Origin: Promethearchaeum syntrophicum
GTDB lineage: Archaea > Asgardarchaeota > Lokiarchaeia > Sigyniarchaeales > Promethearchaeaceae
Assembly (NCBI RefSeq): GCF_008000775.2
Contig: NZ_CP042905.2
Location: 2,460,001 to 2,492,000, forward strand
DNA length: 32,000 nt
Direction of reading: 5' to 3'
The translations under genes were made by a program, and so were the position numbers. Each line of letters opens with the position of its first letter. Position 1 is the stretch's first letter. This document shows, piece after piece, positions 26,319-32,000 of the stretch. Below the pieces are notes generated by a model, which saw nothing but the letters and a program-made list of their open reading frames with translations, made no database searches and was not told where the DNA came from.

Positions 26319-29300
26319 TTAAATAGTTCCATTTAAATTTTGAAGAATAATTCCGTCTTTCTTCTCATCAATTAAAGTAAAATTGTACTCATCAAATTGA
26401 TTAATTATTATTTCAATATATGGAAAATATATTCTTATAATTTTATTGATATAATTTAAATCCTCACTGAGATTTTCTATTTCTTTAATTTTCCCTTTTC
26501 CAATGTCTGCGTTCATTTGAGAAATGAATTTAAAAATAAAGTTATCATTCACTTGCATTAATTTATATTCATTTTCTTTTATTTCATTAACAAAAAATAT
26601 TTTAATATCATCGTCTCTGTCTTTTCTTAAACATTTTAATGTTTTTAACTTAAATGGAAAATTATTATAGCATGTACGAAATTTAAAATTTAGTTTTCTT
26701 TCATTTTCTTCATCTTTATTTTTCTCTTTAAGCTCCAATTCCTCTAAATTTTTCATTCTATTTTTGAATTTTGGTGATTCATTTGATTTTTCATCAGTTT
26801 CCCAATCAAAAACTATCGATTGATTATCAATTTTCCATTTCTTTTCATAATTTTTTATGTTTATTAAAATTAAATTTAAATCATTATCTTTATTATAGAA
26901 TTCATATATTGAAATTTTATTATGTTCTGGGAGAGAAATACCCTCAATATTAATAGATTCTTTATAAAAATAATCTAAATCAATTTTATCATCAGTTTCT
27001 ACTATTTTATAAACAAATTTCTGTAATAATCCTGATTTATCTTCTAAAATAGCATCATGCAATTTTGGATCGATAACTTTACTAGCCTCAAATACTTTTA
27101 ATTCAAATATTCTTGAGATTATGGATTGTTCATCGTATTTTGTCTTTGATAAAGATGAATTTCGTTGATAGAGTAATGCGCCATCATGAATAACTTTCTG
27201 TTTCGAGTGAATTAAATTATTGAATACCAGAAATATACTGGAATCATCAGTAGATTCCGAATATTCATAACTTTTCTTGATATTGGGATTAATCCCATCA
27301 TAATCTGAATTTAAATATAGTGGATCTAAACACAAACCATATTCCCAATATTCATATATATCTTTTTGAATCATTTTTTCTGGAATAGTATTTTTAAAGT
27401 CGGATTGAAATAATTTTAAGAAATTTTCTGGGATACATTCAAGATATATCGAACTTTCTTGTGCTAAAGCACTTTCTGAATAATTGATTAAATATTCTTT
27501 CAATTCTCTTTTTTGTTTTGGACTGAATTTTTCACCTGAAATAAAATAAATTAAGAATCCTAAGGTAGTTTTAAAAATAATTCTTCTGCTACATGAAATA
27601 AATGTAATTAATTTCTTATTGTTAGGGTTTAAAGCATCTACCAGCAATTCGATAGGTAAATTAATGGGAAATGGGCAATCCAAATCTAAAATATATGATG
27701 ATTCTTCAATAATCAAGTTTTCTCGTTGATCAAACCTTTTATATTTAGCTAAATAAATTCGAGGGTGATCTACATCTTCACTTTCGTCATCTTCGCTTTC
27801 GTCTTCTTCACTTTCGTCTTCTTCACTTTCGTCATTTTCACTTTCGTCTTCTTCACTTTCGCCATCTTCACTTTCGTCATCTTCACTTTCATCATCTTCA
27901 CTTTCATCATCTTCGCTTTCATCATCTTCAAAAATATCTATTATTTCTATTTCAGAAGAAAAGACTGTGGTCTCAAAATATGTGAAAAATTCAACATAAT
28001 CATCAAATTGCACATCTTTTGGGGAAATTTCCTTAAAAGTGGATGATTCTAAATGGTAATTCCAAATAGCAAGAATTTTTTCTTCCCGATAACCAAAAAA
28101 AACAGAATTAAAATCATACATGCTATTGAAAGCCTCATGGGGTTTTTTAAAGACGTTTGAGAATTGAAATTGGATTGGTAGGAGCAGATTTTTTTCAAGA
28201 GAGAGATATTTTTTAAACTTTTCATTATTAAACCCAATTTGGGCGAGATCTGGAGAGAATTCAAAGAGATTTTCAATTAAAACGTCGGGATGCATCAATT
28301 CTATATAATCCGATTCTTTATAATATAGGAATAAATCATAATCTCTTCCATAATTTTTAAAAATATTAATGATGGTTTTTAACCGGAACCCAGAATCGAA
28401 ATTTGTTCTATTTCGATTATAAATGATATACATAATAATATTTTTATTTTCATCTTTACTATCGATTTTTTTAAATTCGATTATATCTTCTGAAATAGTC
28501 TCAATAGACAGGCGGTTTTGTATGATTTCTGATTGAAATTGAATAAATTTGTTAATGATTTCGTGATTTTCATAAAATTCAGGTTGATTTAAAAAATTTT
28601 GAAAAGAAAATTTTTCTTTATCAATTATTCGATAACGTGCATTCCCTTGCATTTCTTGAATTTCTTTTCTACGTATTTTAACGTTCTCTTGAATATCAGT
28701 AATGTTTTGATGAAATTTATCTATTTCGGCATTGAAATTAAAATTTCTTCTTTTTATATTTTTGACATCTCGTAATATTTTGTCGATTTCAAAATTTTTA
28801 CGAGGGATAATAATGTTATTATTTCCTGAATTAGATTGCTTCCATTGCTTAACTTTCTCAAACAAATGATCTGTTGGATAGTTTTTTTTCGAGAATTTAT
28901 TTTCCCAAAGAAATATTTTTTTATTTTTATTTTTATCAATAATAATTTCATCTAAGATAAAATATTCAAAAATTTCGTATTCCAGTAGAAATTTACATAT
29001 CAGGTTATCTTGACTTGAGAAAATTTTTTGAAACCAATGGTGTTGGGCAAATTTTAAAACCATATTTAACTTAAGTTCATAATTATTATCTTTTTGAAAT
29101 TTTTTGCATGATTTTATTGCATTTAGAATACTCTTTTTTACATTACTTGCAAGGGTTTCTTGATCTAACATCAAATATATAATAAAATCAAGAGATGTAC
29201 GTAAAATCTTCTTTTTTTGTAATGAAATGAAGCAAATTTTCGGAACTTGATGAAATTGAGAAGGAATGATTGTTGAAGAGTTAGATATTGATAAAAATTG

Positions 29301-29672
29301 ATCTGCAATAACTGAGGATAAGGAAGAAGATGCTCCAATTGAATATAGACGCGGACGAGATTTCAAATTTGTTAGTATATCTTCGAGAAAATCTTGGGAA
29401 ATACTAATTATCGGTTCATCCAGATTAATAACATAAATTTTTTCATTAATAATTGGTGTTGAAGTATAGGGATCTGCTCTGGTGCATAAAACTCGAAAAA
29501 TATCTTTATTAATTTGTTCTTTTTCGGTTAAAATCGAATTAAAATTAAATTTTTCAAAAAACTCAAAGAATTCATAAAAATTCTCATAATCCCAAATTTC
29601 TTTTGCATTTTTTTGATTTTTTTCAAAATTATTATTATTCAAAATTTGGGATGGATCATGAATAGAACTCAT
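26319..29672 (-). CDS. Large hypothetical protein with apparent internal duplication and acidic DESED repeats
   Basis: 1117 aa, ATG start, no TM, no P-loop or other motif I can recognise. Confidence 0.85.
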   Translation of the reverse strand: MSSIHDPSQILNNNNFEKNQKNAKEIWDYENFYEFFEFFEKFNFNSILTEKEQINKDIFRVLCTRADPYTSTPIINEKIYVINLDEPIISISQDFLEDILTNLKSRPRLYSIGASSSLSSVIADQFLSISNSSTIIPSQFHQVPKICFISLQKKKILRTSLDFIIYLMLDQETLASNVKKSILNAIKSCKKFQKDNNYELKLNMVLKFAQHHWFQKIFSSQDNLICKFLLEYEIFEYFILDEIIIDKNKNKKIFLWENKFSKKNYPTDHLFEKVKQWKQSNSGNNNIIIPRKNFEIDKILRDVKNIKRRNFNFNAEIDKFHQNITDIQENVKIRRKEIQEMQGNARYRIIDKEKFSFQNFLNQPEFYENHEIINKFIQFQSEIIQNRLSIETISEDIIEFKKIDSKDENKNIIMYIIYNRNRTNFDSGFRLKTIINIFKNYGRDYDLFLYYKESDYIELMHPDVLIENLFEFSPDLAQIGFNNEKFKKYLSLEKNLLLPIQFQFSNVFKKPHEAFNSMYDFNSVFFGYREEKILAIWNYHLESSTFKEISPKDVQFDDYVEFFTYFETTVFSSEIEIIDIFEDDESEDDESEDDESEDDESEDGESEEDESENDESEEDESEEDESEDDESEDVDHPRIYLAKYKRFDQRENLIIEESSYILDLDCPFPINLPIELLVDALNPNNKKLITFISCSRRIIFKTTLGFLIYFISGEKFSPKQKRELKEYLINYSESALAQESSIYLECIPENFLKLFQSDFKNTIPEKMIQKDIYEYWEYGLCLDPLYLNSDYDGINPNIKKSYEYSESTDDSSIFLVFNNLIHSKQKVIHDGALLYQRNSSLSKTKYDEQSIISRIFELKVFEASKVIDPKLHDAILEDKSGLLQKFVYKIVETDDKIDLDYFYKESINIEGISLPEHNKISIYEFYNKDNDLNLILINIKNYEKKWKIDNQSIVFDWETDEKSNESPKFKNRMKNLEELELKEKNKDEENERKLNFKFRTCYNNFPFKLKTLKCLRKDRDDDIKIFFVNEIKENEYKLMQVNDNFIFKFISQMNADIGKGKIKEIENLSEDLNYINKIIRIYFPYIEIIINQFDEYNFTLIDEKKDGIILQNLNGTI
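27774..27929. repeat. Roughly 10-copy 15-bp tandem repeat (plus strand gtcatcttcactttc variants) encoding DESED/DESEE pentapeptides on the minus strand
   Basis: Period 15 bp in frame with the 1117-aa ORF: EDDESEDDESEDDESEDDESEDGESEEDESENDESEEDESEEDESEDDESED. Confidence 0.92.
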
Positions 29673-29674
29673 AA

Positions 29675-29959
29675 CTATTTCTCTTTTTCTTTTAAGTATA
29701 GAACTTCATTCGTAAATCTATTAATGATATGAATGCTTCTGTCAATATCATCTTCACCTTGAATATAAAGAAACATTTTATCTCTCCCCAGTTCAAAACC
29801 AATTTTTTCTGCTAAAGACTTCAGTGGCTCTTTAGGAATTGGGATCTGAAATTTAATTTCTTTAATTTGAATCCAGCTTTTAATTTTATCCTTAGGCACA
29901 AATTGTTGAAGCCCCTTACGGATTGTTTTTAATCCTTTGAATAATTCTATATCATCCAA
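29675..29959 (-). CDS. Small hypothetical protein in cluster
   Basis: 94 aa, TTG start in the track, 2-bp gap to the 1117-aa ORF, mixed alpha/beta-like composition. Confidence 0.6.
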   Translation of the reverse strand: MDDIELFKGLKTIRKGLQQFVPKDKIKSWIQIKEIKFQIPIPKEPLKSLAEKIGFELGRDKMFLYIQGEDDIDRSIHIINRFTNEVLYLKEKEK

Positions 29960-30020
29960 TCTTACATTCCCCAGTTTTTTCTTTTATTAATAAATTTTTA
30001 CTACAAATTAACCAATACTA

Positions 30021-30695
30021 TTACTCCTCAAAAAAATCTTGTATTTCTTCTCGAGTTTCTTCATCCAATAAATTCAGTTTAATTTTAGATTCGTCATCTT
30101 GATTATCATTATCACTCTCATTATCTCCATCTTCAAGTAATGTTAAAGGTTGTTCGTTTGGAGAGGACATAATAGTAGATGACATTGCATTCGGAACAGA
30201 ACTCGATACTTGTAAACTACCACTTTTTCTTTTCCTGATAATTTTTGCTAGTTCTTTATTTCCTTTAAGAATTATATTATATCTCAAATCAAAATCAATG
30301 CCATCTTGAAAGGATTGAAAAGTATCACTATCTAGTCTTGCTTGCTGAGAGATTAAATCTTGAAGTGTTTGCTTAGCTCGATTCCATTTATCTTTTAATC
30401 TTTTATGTTTATTTTCCCATAAATCCCGTCTTTCTTCTTCAGATAATTCAGGAAAATCATATTCAAAAATTTCTTGGGAGAGTTTTGGATTTCCCCTAAA
30501 GGGATAAAGAGTATCTTCTTTACGTATTGAAAATAAAACATCGTCATATAACATTTCTTTCAAATTATAAGCGGAATTTAACTCATAATTTTTATTTTTA
30601 TGACTAAATTTTAAAATGTGATCACTCATCTCAATAAGATCTGCATAAACTCTAACGATTTTCTGATTAATGAATTCAAACCATGAAATTTTCAT
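30021..30695 (-). CDS. Hypothetical protein in cluster, acidic C-terminus
   Basis: 224 aa, ATG start; charged helical centre and NESDNDNQDDESKIKLNLLDEETREEIQDFFEE tail. Confidence 0.7.
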   Translation of the reverse strand: MKISWFEFINQKIVRVYADLIEMSDHILKFSHKNKNYELNSAYNLKEMLYDDVLFSIRKEDTLYPFRGNPKLSQEIFEYDFPELSEEERRDLWENKHKRLKDKWNRAKQTLQDLISQQARLDSDTFQSFQDGIDFDLRYNIILKGNKELAKIIRKRKSGSLQVSSSVPNAMSSTIMSSPNEQPLTLLEDGDNESDNDNQDDESKIKLNLLDEETREEIQDFFEE

Positions 30696-30751
30696 ATTTT
30701 TTTCCTCTTAAGCAATATTCTTTTTAAATTTTTAAAACTTGAAAAAATGTT

Positions 30752-31978
30752 TTATTTAAGTGTTACATCAAAACCTTTATTTTTTTTAGCACTTTTCGAT
30801 TCAGACTCGAGAACATGGTCTAATTTATCAGGATTCATGAACAAGGAAATCTTATTAGCAATTTTTTCGTAATTTTCCAGACCGAATCCTTTGTAATATA
30901 AATCAAATACTTTTTCTGGTGAGGCTACATTACTAAGTGATTCACTTAGATGTTTCTTTATTTCTACAGTGCTTTCTAATAGTGCATTTTCAACTTGCAA
31001 TCTTCTTATAGTTTCAATTCTTTGTGCTAATGAATATTCATCGAGAACATTTCCTTTTCCTAAAACAGAATCAACTAATATTTGGTCGGTTTTCATTGAA
31101 GTAGAAAAAGTATCGAGTATAATTCCGTTTACCCCATGATCAATCCGTGCCTTTAATATATCATCATAATTCCCTTTTTCTTTTTCATTTTCTTTAATTC
31201 GATCTAAAACATATTTATAAAATGGTTGTGAATTAAACCTATATTTTCCAGTTGGAACATCATCAGTTCCTGGCATCATAATTGGTTCAATTACATTAAA
31301 TGGTCGATTTCGATAATCAAGGACGTAGCTAAAATTCTCAAATATTCTATCTTTTATAATTTTTCGAATTTCGCTACATAATTTTAAATCATAACCATCT
31401 CTAAAAATAGAATTGATAAGAGAATCAATTTCATGGATTGGAACCTCTTTATAATCTTGACTAAATCCAGTTCCATAAGCAATTTTTACATCGGTTAAAT
31501 GAATTATTGATATATATTGCTGATACATTTCTCTAAATACATAATTAACTACTCGATTTTCATTTGGGTTCTGAATTTCGCGAATGGAAAGTTCTTCTTC
31601 TCCTTCTTCACGTTCTTCACTTACATCTTGAGTAATAGAATTCTCTCTTGATTGGTTTTTTTGCGATGTATGATTTCCCATACTTTTTGAAATAGATTTA
31701 ACCGAATTTTTACGATTTTCTGAAAAACCAGCTGATGCTCCTGCTTCAACACCCACTGATGCAGACACGGGCCCCCATCCACCACTTGCACTAGCTGATG
31801 CACTAGCATATACTTCAGTTGTTCTTTGAGATTCAGAACTAGCATTTAGCTCTCCTTCTAATTCCTTTTGGAACGAGTCAGAAGATTCAGTATTTAAATT
31901 TTCTAAAACTGATGTAGATGTGTTTTTGGTTTTTTTTGATGTACTCCATTTTTTCATACGAAATTGAGTTTTCTCCAA
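30752..31978 (-). CDS. Hypothetical protein with Ala/Ser/Gly-rich N-terminal segment; N-terminus possibly cut by the window edge
   Basis: 408 aa; ASASASASGGWGPVSASVGVEAGASAGFSENRKNSVKSISKSMGNHTSQKN... The frame stays open past the TTG at 31978 to the window end (DTFSLP-L...), so the start is not certain. Confidence 0.75.
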   Translation of the reverse strand: MEKTQFRMKKWSTSKKTKNTSTSVLENLNTESSDSFQKELEGELNASSESQRTTEVYASASASASGGWGPVSASVGVEAGASAGFSENRKNSVKSISKSMGNHTSQKNQSRENSITQDVSEEREEGEEELSIREIQNPNENRVVNYVFREMYQQYISIIHLTDVKIAYGTGFSQDYKEVPIHEIDSLINSIFRDGYDLKLCSEIRKIIKDRIFENFSYVLDYRNRPFNVIEPIMMPGTDDVPTGKYRFNSQPFYKYVLDRIKENEKEKGNYDDILKARIDHGVNGIILDTFSTSMKTDQILVDSVLGKGNVLDEYSLAQRIETIRRLQVENALLESTVEIKKHLSESLSNVASPEKVFDLYYKGFGLENYEKIANKISLFMNPDKLDHVLESESKSAKKNKGFDVTLK

Positions 31979-32000
31979 AGGTAATAATGAGAATGTATCA

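Noticed and set aside
27765-28046. 93-aa plus-strand ORF rich in FVIFTF repeats
   Set aside because: Antisense translation of the 15-bp DESED repeat tract in the 1117-aa gene; low complexity.
28049-28951. 75-aa and 65-aa minus-strand ORFs (28049..28276, 28754..28951)
   Set aside because: Alternative frames inside the 1117-aa ORF with no start context or coding signature.

Overview
AT-rich, probably archaeal window (possibly Asgard/Lokiarchaeia-like; this is inferred from gene content, not proven). Left half (about 0-10.4 kb) is mostly recognisable genes: a VTT-domain (TVP38/TMEM64-like) membrane protein, a WD40-repeat protein with a suspicious 5' end, S-adenosylmethionine decarboxylase, a SagB-type nitroreductase, a zinc-ribbon membrane protein, a CoA-disulfide-reductase/rhodanese/TusA/DsrE-like fusion, a 2[4Fe-4S] ferredoxin, a small acidic four-Cys protein, an FrhB/HdrC-like iron-sulfur protein and a DUF2085-like membrane protein. 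Middle (10.4-23.8 kb) is a cell-surface block: a 2043-aa alpha-2-macroglobulin-like protein with an intact CxEQ thioester motif, a winged-helix protein with two TM segments and a poly-Lys/Thr linker, two fibronectin-III-rich surface proteins built from an exact 555-bp (185-aa) repeat unit, and the decayed relic of a third. Right part (23.8-32 kb) is the strongest candidate for an undescribed system: a tightly packed minus-strand cluster of six ORFs. Its last gene encodes a solo ComEC/Rec2-like metallo-beta-lactamase; the others are a 373-aa protein, a 1117-aa protein with an apparent internal duplication and a 15-bp/DESED acidic repeat, a 94-aa protein, a 224-aa protein, and a 408-aa (edge-truncated or TTG-started) protein with an Ala/Ser/Gly-rich 'GGWGPVSASVGV' segment. 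No tRNA, rRNA, CRISPR, transposase or integrase was recognised.
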